In this document: positions 42,431 to 56,450 of the stretch, piece by piece | Layout: each line of letters begins with the position of its first letter | Position numbering within the stretch: position 1 is the stretch's first letter | Source: the human T2T-CHM13v2.0 reference genome, Homo sapiens | NCBI RefSeq assembly: GCF_009914755.1 | Contig: NC_060925.1 | DNA: 64,000 nucleotides | Direction: 5' to 3' (one strand) | Translations under genes and position numbers: made by a program | The notes under the pieces: generated by a model | Seen by the model: only the letters and a program-made list of their open reading frames with translations | Told to the model about the DNA's origin: nothing | Databases searched by the model: none

Positions 42431-44387
42431 GGTGACCCTGGGCCCTTTATGTGTTTTACAAAAGTTGCCAAATTAAGACAGGATTATAACTGCTCGAGTC
42501 CTTGTCAGGGCTGAAAGGTTGGGAGCCTCAAATATGCCCCGGCAGTGTTGATGAAAAGCTTAAAAAGTAATAAAAGGGAGAAAAGAGCGAGGAAAGTAAC
42601 ATGTAAAACTCTTATTAAAGAGAAGAGCCACAGAGAGGTTGTGAACTTGAATCACTGTTTGAACTTTAATTTGTTCATTAACAGGATTTGCCCCTTACTG
42701 TGAATGTTATTACTTCCCTTTGCCACTCAGCAACAACTCTGGGCATAATAAAAGAGCCTGGCAAAAAGTTAAACGCCTGGTAATTAATTCATTTAATTGA
42801 AAAAAGGGGGAAGAGAGAAAGAGAGGTCCCAATGCAAAAGCAGAAGGCAGAGAGGTTGGAGGAGGGGGCAAGGCTGAAATCTCCATGGAGGCCCTCTCCA
42901 AGGCCCACCACCTGTAGGCAAGAGGAGGCTTGGTCTCTGATGAGGTCTCTTTAGCAAAATTAATGCCAGCAGACCCTGAAGACCCTCTTCCCAATGGCAT
43001 CTGCCGCTGGTCCAAATCCCCTGGCCAGGCTTTCAGCCAGGGGCTAGTTTGGATGATCTGTTAGGGTGGCACGGATACCAGAAATCCAAAAGCAATAGAT
43101 ATTCATAAACTCTTTCATTAAAAAGTGAAGAGATGTCTTTTGCTTTCTCCTCTCCCTTCCCTTCGATCAGGTTTCTTATACAGTCTTCTCTTTCTAGGCT
43201 GGAGTGAAAAGGACTGCCAGTAGCCTGATATAATCTGCATGTTTGCATCTTAATCAGCCTTATAACATCATGCTTTCTTTCCTTCCCCACTCCCAGCAGA
43301 TGATTTAAATAAACTCAGGAGACAAGAAATGAAATGAACACTCCTTGCTCCTCCTGCTCGAAGCACTGGGACTAAGCCAGCTGGCTTTGCCTCTAACCTT
43401 GCAGGGCCTACCTTTTTCTTAGTCACTTATCTTCTTTCTGTGTTTGTCAACCACTGCACACAATCTTCTTTCATGTACATCTTTCTTCCAAGGGAAGCAA
43501 TGCACTATTCAGGCACCCCAGAGCTATTGGCACAATGTTGCCCTTGCAGCCCAATAAGAGAACAGCAAAGTTCAGGAAATCAGAGGTAGGTTGGTTATCA
43601 GTTCCTATTTAATATGTTTAAGGCTTACCACAGTTAGGATTTCCTAACGTTTTAAAAACCAGTGTTCATATACATAATCAGTGTGATTTTCCTTAGAAAC
43701 AGAATTATCTACCATGTATTCTCCCATTACAAAACTACTAAAGACAGAAAAAAAAGAGAAAGGTAGAAAATGTGAGACTTTATAAATTAATTCCTAGTAT
43801 CCAAAACTATTTCCTAGGTTTGTTTTTTAATTAAATCACTTCTAAACCCCAGGAGAGAACAGAATTTCACTATTATCAAATAAATAAAATCATCAACATT
43901 ACTATTTTGCTGGCAGCATCCTCGCCCTTTGCCCCAACCCCTCTTGGTGTTACAATCCTAACTGCAAACTCCATACAACGATAAATGATCTGTACTTATG
44001 TCTTCCTGAAAACCAGCGGTTGGAACACACTTGATCTGTATTAATAATAGGAAGGGGGAAGGGGCTTTTAAAAGGGGCTATTTTATAAGTTGAAGCAAAT
44101 TATAGGGCTTATTTAGCATCAGAGTTACTTCTCACCTTGTACTGTCCCTGAATGCTGAGTGATCTCTCTTTTCCAAAGTTGTGGGTCTATCCTAGTTTTA
44201 TTGTAGACAATCAATACTAAATATTAGGAATCTACAAACAAAACAAACAAAAAAGCTCCCCCCTACTCCACACTGCTGAGCCCTAAATTGCTTTTATGAA
44301 AATAACTTTAAAAAGACATTGGCCAGGTCTACTAACCCTTCCACCATCCTCATCTAGACCCTGATCACTTTACACATAAAGGAGTGA

Positions 44388-44799
<412 letters not shown>

Positions 44800-44959
44800 A
44801 GCCCCAGCTTCTTAAATTGGCTTTCAAGCCTCCTTCCTACCCTCCCCATAGGCATTAATTAGCTGTTCCTGGTTTGTTTTCCACTACTAGCCTACACAAG
44901 GCCAGACAGCTCTTCAGGCAGACAGCTCTCTCTTTGTCCGCTGAAAACATCATGTGAAT

Positions 44960-45710
44960 TGTCTTTATTTTACTGAAGATGCCAGGCACCATGTTAGGCA
45001 TTACAAATATTATCTTATTTAATCCCTTCCATTTAAGAGATGGGTATAATTATACCCATTTTAAGGCTGTAGAAGGCTAAAGAAGTTAAGGTACTTGTCC
45101 AACTAAGGTCTCACAGCAGCACTAGGATTCTTACATCTGGCTCAAAAGCTGGTATACTTTCCACTCCAGCATACTCTCCCCCCTGCTATGCATGTGCTGT
45201 GTGTTCTGATTCCTCCTTCCTCTTGTCATCTGGATGATTTCTCAATTTCACTCCATATATCTGACTCCTGTCCAGTCTGCAAATCCGGAGAGAAACTCCC
45301 ACCTCTGTCTTGAAACCTTTCAACCATCATCCTAGTCCTTGGCAGACTGCTGAATTTGTCATCTGCAGCACTCATTTGGTGCTCCCATTTTCTGCCTTGT
45401 ATTGTCAGCTTTATTTTTATTCAGTCCCTTCCAACCAAACTGAAAGCTCCTTGAAGATGGGAATTTGCCTTATATTTATTTATATTCCTCCCTGACTCCC
45501 CAGAGCCTAATATTACAACTCCCGTTTGTCATACACTCACCTCATGCACACTAATCCTTAGAAGTGAGCACTGTTATTACTGCCATTTCGCAGATAAAGA
45601 AACTGAGACTCAGAGAGATGAAGAAATTTGCCCAAGCCACTAAGCTGGTGAGCAGATCTGATGTTCAAACACATACTGCCTGAATCAAATGCCCCTTTTC
45701 CTTTGTGACT
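44960..45710. mobile_element. MIR / L2 / MIR remnants
   Basis: MIR cores CCCATTTTAAG (~45055) and CCATTTCGCAGATAAAGAAACTGAGACTCAGAGAG (~45585); L2-like tail near 45440. Confidence 0.65.
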
Positions 45711-47144
45711 GTATTGTCCTGGCTCACATACATGGTCCCTCACACAATGTGAACTTATGAAGCATTCCTGTATGGAGGATACTCAACAAGCCTCCAGAAA
45801 ACATCCCTCTAACATGACTTCAGAGAAGGGGCATTGTTTTTACTCTTCATGAGGTGAAATCCGGCAACTCAACAGAAGAAAGGATGAGTATATACCCACC
45901 TGAGGACACCCACATCCACTTCCCCCTCCTCTCTAGGAGCCATGCCTCATGTTGGTGGGAGCCAATGATGCTGTCTATATCTGTACAGGGGTTTCTGTGA
46001 GGTAGAGAGGCAAACTGCCCTTCCCCCTTAATCCTCTGTACCTTTTAAATACACAGAGGAAAGAAGGAGAAAATTAAACTGTTAATTTCTTTTAATGGTC
46101 TGCAGGGTCCAGAGAGGTGGGGTCCTGCTGTGTCTGCAAAAGAAATGAATTGCTGCTGTGGGAAGAATAACAACTGTTTTTAGAAAATGTTCATAGCTGA
46201 CCGATTAAGCCAATCTGTAGAACTCAAGTCAGCTTCTTCTTCTCCTTTAAGGTATGAACATGGCAATGGGGATTAATGAAATCTCTAAGAAAAGAAGGAC
46301 CATTGGGAGTACAATAATCAAGGCCTAGGAGTCTGGTCAATTTTCTCCACAAAGAAAGTTTGTCCTTTCAGTGCCACTGCTGCAGAATTGAGCTTGATAG
46401 TATAAAGGGGGCTATCTTAAGGTTACTTTATACACAACAGGTCTTCAGGAAGTGTAAAAACAAAATCTCTTGCAATGGCAACAGGGTACTTCCTATGAAT
46501 CTGAAAAAGGAGTAATGACTATACTATCCATTTGTCTCTGGTATCCACGCTAAAACTATTCTATTCTCCCAAGTTCCCACAGGTGGGTTTCTAGCTTTCT
46601 TTATATTTTGGTTCATATATTTGGACAACTCCAGGGCTATAAGCATTACCTTCACCTATAAAACCTGCATTGTAGCACACAAAATCCTGCGCATGCACAG
46701 CAAGTGTTTCATTTACTTCATCTCAGATAAGGCACAAACTACCCTGCAAAGTAGACTAGTAGATATTACAATTATATACATTTTGCCTATGAGGAAAACT
46801 AAAATTTGCCTCAAGAAACATAATTGGGACATGATAAACCTAGTTCCCACTCCCAGTCCAGGACTCTTTCTACCACTTCTCAATTCTCATGGCAGTCCTC
46901 TACCTTTTCTGTACTCTGGATCCACATGTGAATTTTGGAATCTAAAGACAGGAACCTCTCTCTTTAAAAGAGATGGACTTCAAATTATACTCACCAGGCT
47001 TCTATTACAACTACCTGGACCATACTGAGAACTACCCTCTCCCCACTCCTGAAGCTACAAACACTATACACAAAATTTAATATTTAGACTCAAATTTTAA
47101 AATATTTGCACGAACTCTTAAATCTATAGAAGCTGAGCAGTCAT

Positions 47145-47432
47145 GGCTGGGTGCGGTGGTTCATGCCTGTGATCCCAGCACTTTGGGAGGCTGAGACGGG
47201 AGTATCACTTGAGCTCAGGAGTTCAAGATCAGCCTGGGCAACATGGCAAAACCCTGTCTCTACCAAAAATACAAAAAATTAGCCAGGCGTGGTGGCACAC
47301 AGCTGAGGTCCCAGCTACCTGGGGAGCCAAGGTAGGAGGATGACTTGAGTCTGGGAGGCGGAGGTTGCAGTGAGCTGAGATCATGCCACTGCAGCACTTC
47401 CCGCCTGGGTGACAGAGTGAGACCCTATCTCA

Positions 47433-47473
<41 letters not shown>
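47145..47473 (+). mobile_element. Alu (AluJ-like) with a (CAA)n tail
   Basis: Dimer followed by a CAA run at 47433-47473. Confidence 0.93.
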
Positions 47474-47474
<1 letters not shown>

Positions 47475-47570
47475 GATGGGTAGTCATGATGGTTAGGCTC
47501 CCCATTTAAAAAGGAAGGCTAAAATCACTGTTACTTGTTTTTCCACAAGTACTATTTATGGATAGTTTGC

Positions 47571-47630
47571 CAGATAACTGATACTCCCTTCAGATAACTG
47601 ATACTCCCTTCAGATAACTGATACTCCCTT
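47571..47630. repeat. Perfect 20-bp tandem repeat x3 (CAGATAACTGATACTCCCTT)
   Basis: Three identical copies seen directly. Confidence 0.98.
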
Positions 47631-47639
47631 GTACCCCTA

Positions 47640-47941
47640 ATTTTATTTTTTTCTTTTTTTTAGGTGGAGTCTCACTCTGTCACCCAGGGTGAAGTGCAGT
47701 GGGACGATCTGGGCTCACTGCAACCTCCACATCCTGGGTGCAAGTGATTCTCCTGCCTCAGCCTCCCGAGTAGCTGAGATCACAGACGTGTGTCACCATG
47801 CCCAGCGAATTTTTGTACTTTTAGTAGAGACGGGGTTTTACCATGTTGGCCAGGCTGGTCTCAAACTCCCGACTTTAGGTGATCCACCTGCCTCGGCCTC
47901 CCAGAGTGCTGGGATTACAGGCATGAACCACCACTCCTGGC
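47640..47941 (-). mobile_element. Alu (AluS)
   Basis: T-rich tail and full dimer. Confidence 0.93.
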
Positions 47942-49199
47942 ATCTAACATACATTTTAAGAGTCATTCTGTCTACCTAATGGACAAGCAGTCTGGTGTCT
48001 TTCCCCAGAAAAGATCTAGAATTGGGTCTGTCCACCTTGTTCACTGACCTTTTTAATTAGGTGTGTAATCTTGGTATCCAGGGCCCAGCAGGTTTTCCCT
48101 TCCCCAATGTCTGGACAATACCCAAGTTCATCAAAGCAGAAACAGGACTCAGTTCCAGACCTTATACCTGGCTGAAAGAATGATATTCTTTTTGTCTCAG
48201 CTCAATCTTGGTTAATCTCCATATGCAATCTAACTCTGGAGTGAAAGAGAGGAATGACTCTACTTGTTGCTTTGGGACGACTGCCCTATTTCTTTGTCTG
48301 CTGGCTGACCTTCCCTATGTAAGAGCATCAGCATTTGCAACATTGGGTTTAAGCAGGAAAGCTCTTTCATCTTTGTCCATTGGCCTTGATCTCTCCTGAT
48401 CAGTATGGTCTGGATTCTTGCTAATCACTAATGATCCCTTGGCCCTCTATATAATACTAAAGGTATTAGACTTGAACTGTTAGGAAAATTCCTACTCAGC
48501 TAATTACATTCTTTCTGCTTTTCTTGGTTTTCTGTATAGTCTCAGCTGGAGTTGAATTTGAATTATTTCCTCAAATTTTAAATTGCTGGTTTTTGGAAGG
48601 CAATGGTAAGTTGTTCCCTCAGATGAATACAACTAATTATAATTAAAAAGCCCCATGACTAACCTCTTTCTCCCCCATCCCACTCTTTTCCTTGGATGAC
48701 TTTCCATACCATCTCCCACATTCTGGCCTTGAATATTCTAATAAGAGCTTAGTTCACTGGGCTAGGAGTTTCATGATTCTGTATTTTGTAAAGCAGGTTG
48801 AATATTATTCACTTAAAACAATATGGTGGTTCCACTACACATATGCTTTTCAGTCTGTATTTATGATCAACTACTAAAAATGACAAGTGTTTGACCTCAC
48901 AGGTTAGGCCTCACCCATAGGCTAGGAGAAGGGGAAGTTTTTTGTAATAGTCAAAGCCTTGCTCACCAAATAGAATACAAGTTATGTTTGATTTCTTAAA
49001 TGAGTATGATTCTTTAATATTTCAAGGAATGTGGAATGCCAATCCTGTGGAATTATATAGGGCAACCCTAATTTTAGCCACGACATCTTGAATGTTTCCC
49101 ACCCAATTCCATATTCTAGAACTTAGCTTTTTAAATCATACCAAAATTGTGCACTCAAAAAATTTAGAATCAACCAACCAAACTCTTGACAATATAACT

Positions 49200-49720
49200 T
49201 TTTGAAGTAATGTCTTTATCATGCATACCAATGCACTATACATGTATATGATTGTTAAGTTAGTAATTCATTGACAATCAAAGAGAATGTGTAGCACTTT
49301 TCTTAAGGCTGTCCTTTAGCAGCTACTCTTATTCCAGTGGTGCTGCCATATGTTAGTATGATGACTTTATAACTAGTTAAAAAGTCATTGAGGGAAGTCA
49401 TCTAATTTTCTTTCAGCTTGTTTTGACCCCAAATTACATTATCCTGACTTGACCACCCACCTTATTCTTCAGAGCACTGAAGGATGCTAAAGGAAGATGG
49501 CTTGCCACCTCCAAGGCTCTTAAACCAGATGTGCTGTGGGTTCTGAAAGCAGTGCCCAACAAAGAGCTCCAGAAACGTTTTGAGCAATGGCAGCAATGGA
49601 AGCACCTACACAATAAGTGACAGCCTTCCAAGATGACTTGATAGATGAGAACACACTAAAATGTTTGTGTAAGTTCTGGTGTAGTTGTTAACATGCAGAC
49701 ATTAGTTAGACCTTGGTTAT
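49200..49720. mobile_element. MARNA-like (ancient mariner) DNA transposon
   Basis: CGTTTTGAGCAATGGCAGCA...AATAAGTG..AGCCTTCCAAGATGAC...GTAAGTTCTGGT resembles MARNA. Confidence 0.65.
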
Positions 49721-50699
49721 ACCGTTTCAGCCCTCCAGCTGAGAGTTAGGGACAAAATTATTCCTAACATATTGTACTTCAAAAAATGGTACATCCTTTA
49801 GGTGCATCTTGCAGATTTCACACAAAATGTTTTAATATTTAGGATCTAGATATTGTTTTGAATGATTTCAAGCATTATCCAAGAAAGATGAAAACTATAA
49901 CTGAGATAAACATATTGAGTATGTTTTTATATTTTTATTAAACCAATTAATTTTAACCAGGTGTATGTATGACTACTTGGGATGCATTTTGTTTACTTAA
50001 TTGTAGACAATTCTGACTTAAGATTGGGGGGAAAAAAGGTACTGTATGTGGTCTTGATTTTAACTAGAAATATAGTGCTTTCAACTCAAATGAAACCAGC
50101 CCGTCCAGTATACCAAATAAGGAGCAAGACCTTTTAAGGATTATTTTGCTTTCTAAAGTAATTAAAAGAATATCCCCTTCAATCATGTATGCCCTTTAAA
50201 CTTTGCTTAATGAGTTTTAAAGGAGAAAAAAAAAAAAACATGGTACTGTGTGGTACTGTGAATACGGCACAATCTGGAGAAAACTTTCTGATTCCTAATT
50301 TATTTTTTTCCCTTGACTTTCTACTTAAAGGTAATCAACACAATTTTCCATTTGTATCAAAGAAAGGCCACAGTTTTTAACTCTTTCATAATAATGTTCC
50401 TTGAGTTTCTTGGAGCAAGGAGAAAATATACATATTTTAGTTACATTTCAACAATTACTTATTAAAGGTCCATAGGGATCATGTTCAATGGCAAAGGGAA
50501 GTGGAGGACCTATAATAGATAATGAATAAATACTTATTGAATGGATGGATGGAGGAAAAGAAAACTGTATCTTGGGCCCCATATGGAGTTCACTATAAAA
50601 TTAATTCCCACAGATTAGCCTCCCAAAGTATTTGGTCCATGTAAATACAACTTCTGGCTATCATATAATATTAAGCCTAAAGCATCTGCTTAAATTTGG

Positions 50700-50940
50700 A
50701 CTTGATTTTTCCAATTATTCCAGTTTTAGAAAATGTTTGGTCACATAAATAGAGCTCTCTCACTAACTTACTTGGACTATTTGGTTACAAAACATCTCTG
50801 TTCCTCAGTTTATGTCAGAATGGAAATAAGACAAAAACCTCCTCCTTCCTATAGGGACTTTTTTGAGTACCTTGATAAATACCTACAAAATGATAAATGC
50901 TACTACCTCTTTCAACATTTGCACGATGTTAACTAAACAC
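50700..50940 (+). mobile_element. MIR
   Basis: CTCTGTTCCTCAGTTTATGTCAGAATGGAAATAA core. Confidence 0.6.
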
Positions 50941-51169
50941 AAAATATTTTTAGTGTGTGAATTAAAATGCCTCTTTTACTGATGGCTTCAGATGTTTCCT
51001 TGTAAGATACCATGTCAAGAACTGGTTTATAAATTATCTGTCCTTCCAGAACGCACTGACATCACGCTTCCTAATAGCTTGGTATGATGACTGCTGTCAA
51101 AATCGCCTGCATGGAACCATCCCTGACCTGGACTAACAGCATGTATTAGCGTGACAGAGACTAAAAAGC

Positions 51170-52420
51170 TAAGAACCGCCGTGCGATGGCCGGCTTTGGG
51201 CACCGGGGGTGGGGGCTACGCTACGCGTGAAGGGCCTCAGTCCTCGGGCTTTAGTTCAGGAAGAAAATGAAAGCTGGAGGTCTCGTGGGCGGGACTGGAG
51301 GCGGCCAGATAGGCAAGAACCCGCAACAGGAGTAGGGACATTTTTTCTTCAAATTCCAATCCCATCCAGCGATAGACAGGCGCGTGGGTCTCCCTCCTCC
51401 ACGACCACCACACAATGGCACACACTTTTGCTGGAAACTGAAATCGAAGTCTCTGAGGCAGGCTGGGGCCCAGGCCGGCAGCGGGGAGGGGCAGGGTCCA
51501 GCCACCTCGGCGTGGCCTTGGCGAGCGCTCCGGGGTCAGAGGCCGTCGTTCTCGCCGCGCTCCACAGCGCGTCACCCGCTGCCCTAGCGACCCCCGGGCG
51601 ACCCCGGCATCGCCTGGCTGCGCCGTCCCGGCGGGCCGGCCCTCTCCACGCCCTCTCCTGGGGTTTGCGGTGGGCACAGCTCCCTCCAGACTGGGTCTCT
51701 CCACTAGCCTCCTCCCCAACTGCAACGTGGGAACCAGAGCTATCCGAGTCACGAGCCCCAAGTGCACACAAAGCCCCCAACGGGGCCACGGCGCCTCCAC
51801 GCCTCGCTACCTCCAGCTCCAGGAGCGCAGAACGCAGCGCCCTGGGTCACCGCGTCTGCCCTGCGGAGCAGCCCCACTGAGGGGAAGCCTCGGGCAGGAG
51901 GTGAGACCCCGCGCACGCAAGCACCCCCGCCCCAAGCAGGGCCCTCTGCCCGAGGGAGACTCTCACCTCAAATAAACGGGCGCTGCCGCCTCCAGGGGGA
52001 GGACAGCGGGCGGAGAATACTCACGCTGGGCCCAGCCGCGCGGGGACTTCGCTGGGAACCACGCGCGGGCTCCCGCCGGGGAGCGGAGCCCCAGCCTGCA
52101 GTCCTGCGCCCGCCCCAGCACCGCCTCCTCGGAAGGGAGGCCTCTACCGTCCGGCGGCGGACCTGCAGCCGCCGCGGGAGACGCTGCCCCGCCCCCCGGC
52201 CCCGCCCTTCGGCCCATCCCCGCCCCGCTGGCCTCCTTTTCCCCTGCCCCCTCCCTCCGCTCCTCAACGCCCGCCGGGTGCAATCTGCTCTCTCCGGGAG
52301 ACGAACGCGAAGCGACGTGGAAACCCTTCCACCAAAATGAGCTGTGATATCCTTTTGATGGCTATAATTTATTCCAAATCGTCCCTGGACTGAAACGATC
52401 AATTAGCAGCCCGAAACGCA
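51170..52420. promoter_or_regulatory. CpG island 2, likely a (bidirectional) lncRNA promoter
   Basis: Dense CpG and a GC-box cluster at 52186-52230. Splice donors on the + strand (GAG|GTGAGA, 51900/51901) and on the - strand (AGC|GTGAGT, 52025/52024; GAG|GTGAGA, 51967/51966). Confidence 0.9.
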
Positions 52421-52928
52421 CTGTGAAGTAAATTGTCACACTCTCTATTACAGGATGGTTATCATATATTTATAAGGTGTGTTTTCTGCAATCAGAACCA
52501 ACAAGGTGTTGAGCGATCAGTCATAAACGCACTTCTTCAAAAAGAGAGGGAGAGAAGCTCAGCATTGTGTGGCGGGGGAATAATCCTCATGACAGTTCTC
52601 TCCCCACCCAGTGATGTTTTGTCTTGGCACCTGGGAAGTGCAGTGAGGGCTGGAGCTCTGGACGGACTCTCTTCGCCACGCGTGCCCGTGGAAGCAGGGT
52701 CCCTGTGAACTACGGAGAGACCCCAGAGGAGAGATTTCCTTATTGTGTAAACACAAATCAGTCGTAAGGGCCGCTCCCTCTGTCTTTCTCTGTCTTCTCT
52801 TGTATCCACGAAAATAATATCTTACTCTTTGCTTCTAAGCTTCTAATAGAATGTTTGCATCCTACACTTAATGATAAGTATTTTTTCTTCTTCCTCAGGT
52901 CTCAAGGTGTTGACCTCCTCTCTTGTTA

Positions 52929-53469
<541 letters not shown>

Positions 53470-54092
53470 TCAGGAATATACATCTGGAACTTCTGAGTTT
53501 TTCCCCTTACAAACTTTCATCAGATAGTCATCCATGAACCACCTATCAATCATTTTTTAGAAGGGTTCTAGTTTGCATCCAAGTGATATTCCTTTTGCCT
53601 GAAAAACATAGCTTTAGAGCCTAGACTACTGGTTATTGATTGTGAAAAAAATTTAGCAGCTAGAATTATGCCTTTGTAGTAATAAAGTGACATTCATGCA
53701 GAGTGAATCACAAGGTGTGAAGGTAAGATGCAGAATTTATACCACATTCTTCTTAGGTTAAGTGCCCCCATGACTTTTGCATGGGAGGGCTTATCTGCAA
53801 TGCCAACCCTTGAAGAATGGGGAGAAAGGAAATCTCGTTGGGTATTTGAGCTGTGGAGGCAGCTGTTGCCATTGGGCTTTCACCCCCATCCTCACAGCAT
53901 AAATGAAGTACCACATTCCTCTGTCAGAAAGCAATGGGGATAGGGAACCTTGCTTCATCTGAGGACTGGCATAGCAAAGAGCCAGACCCAGCACCTTCAC
54001 CTTGTGCCTTCCAATATTATTGATTTAATTTGCATTTAACAGCTAATATTTATTGAACATTTACTCCATGCCAGGCACTGAGCTTTAAACTA

Positions 54093-54309
54093 CAGATGCA
54101 CCTCAATTTATGATGGGATTGTCCTGATAAACCTATTGTAGTTTAAAAATATGTTAAGTTGAAAGTACATTTTTGACTTACAATATTTTCAATTTATGAT
54201 GGGTTTATTTGAACATAACCCCATCATAAATGAAGGAACTTTTGTACCATCGTAAAGTTGTAAAGTAGAGAAATGCTAAGTCAAACCATTCTAAGTTGGG
54301 GACCATCTG
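54093..54309. mobile_element. Tigger4-family (MER46-like) DNA transposon inserted in a MIR (~54035-54490)
   Basis: TIRs CAGATGCACCTCAATTTATGATGG...CCATTCTAAGTTGGGGACCATCTG with TA flanks. Confidence 0.85.
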
Positions 54310-54899
54310 TATGTGTATTATCTTATTTAATTATTTCAACAATCTTATTGGAGAAGGTTCTTTATTTTGCCAAAGAGAAAACTGAGACCTGGAAAGATTA
54401 AGTAATTTATGCAAGACCACCCTCCTAGTAAGTGATGACTTCAAATCCAAGTCAGTCTCCAATACCCACACTCTTCATCCCAATAATATAATACTTCAGA
54501 AATTTGAGATTTTGATTTAAGATTTTTTTCCACCAAAAAGATTTTAGTGGAGCTGATGATACAATGAGAGTGGTAAATTCTGGGAGACGATTGAAAGAAC
54601 AGCTGTTTGCAATAGAAAGCCACATTGGGTACTTACACAGCCCCTCCCCACCTTGGTAGATTACCTCTTCTTTGTTCTATCCTTCCTACCCTTCGTGATT
54701 TCTTTTTCAGAGTTACACCTGCCATCTAGCAAAACAGACCTCACCCAAGGTCAATGATGGCTGCTAACCTTGGGGTTGATGGGGGAAGGTGGATGCAGCA
54801 GACCCCAGGGAAAACAGAGCACCGTGAGGAGGAGCCAGAGGAGGCCGGAGGCCCTTGTCTCAGACATCCAGCTCTGAGAGTGAAATGTTGCTTCCTAAT

Positions 54900-55500
54900 G
54901 GACTTTAAATTACCAACATCGCTAAACTCTCTCTTAATAGACTTGTAAAGATTTGCTTGCTACCTTTTTCCTCCTTCATGTAGAATTTGTAATCAAGAGC
55001 CCAATTTTGTCATTTGGAAATACTAATTATCTAATCACGGCATGCTGTATAACGTACTTGTCTGCCCAATTAGCTAGGACAATTATTAAAATTCAGAGGC
55101 CTAATTATGTCTCAATTTAATGCTGGCAAACTTGCATACAGAGCAGTAATTAAAATCCTCTCTTTCCCTCTGCCTTTAGGGCAGGGGATGATTAGGCCCT
55201 GTCAGGGGGTGTACTGAACCAAACCAGTGAAGCGTATTGTGCAACATGACCCTGCATTGTTAAGTGTGTCAACATATTAACCTGAATTCCCTTCAGCCCC
55301 CACATAATCACATTTGGTGGAAGAATGAAGGAGCTAAAACATGAAGCATTTTTTTAAAAAAACATAAATTCATTTTAATTAATGCTGTGAGAGTTCTGGT
55401 GAATTTCACGTTTCCAAGTGCTGGAAGACGTAAGACTGGTTCATCTAATTACTAGCAAATTTGTTCTTGTAAAAACTACTTTTTTTACTCATTTAAATAA
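54900..55500. promoter_or_regulatory. Candidate homeodomain-site-rich enhancer
   Basis: CTAATTA x2, CAATTAG, CAATTA, GTAATTA and TAATC cores within ~200 bp (55020-55195). Confidence 0.5.
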
Positions 55501-56148
55501 AATAATTTTTGGGGGTAGCATTAAAAAAAAAAAGCCCTAGTTAGCTTCCAGTAATACAGTTGATTACCAGCTTTGATGATGGAACACAAGTGAATGTTGA
55601 CTTCCAAAAGATTCAAACCCAAGACTGGAGGCATTGAGGGGAAAAAATACTACAATTTAATACTTGAAAGATGTTAATAAAAGTCGAACATTACAAATCA
55701 TAATATTGAAATAAATTCAAAATATTTATCTTTTGAGCTCTTAAGTTTGATGTCTGAAATTGAACCAGGGTGAGAAGACCAGAGCATTGCACAAATTCAT
55801 GATGCTTTGCAAGCTCCAGATGGTGTGTGTCCACCTTGCCAGCATCTAAACCACCTTCTCTATGGAGTAAGGAGAGCCACAAAACCCATTAAGACTCCTG
55901 AGCTGTCCTCTAAGTTCTGGCTTTCACTCATGATGGTCTTTAGAGATTATTCATATATTCAGCTAAGGAAGGACAACATTTAGTCTAGACCAAAAATGAA
56001 TTATTCTGGAGCAGAACTTCTTTCAATTGCTTCCCAACTTCTTGCTGTATGGATAGCTTCCACAGAGTAAGAGACACACAAATACACACTCATGCACACT
56101 CGCACAGTCCCTTACTTGGACAGAGCTTACTCTCATCTCAATTGATCT

Positions 56149-56450
<302 letters not shown>

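Noticed and set aside
47571-47630. Direct repeats as a CRISPR-like array
   Set aside because: There are no spacers and the context is eukaryotic; it is a plain tandem repeat.
51209-52402. Long overlapping ORFs (223, 192, 187, 146 and 144 aa)
   Set aside because: They are low-complexity Arg/Pro/Gly/Ala frames on both strands, caused by stop-codon scarcity in a CpG island, with no recognisable domain.
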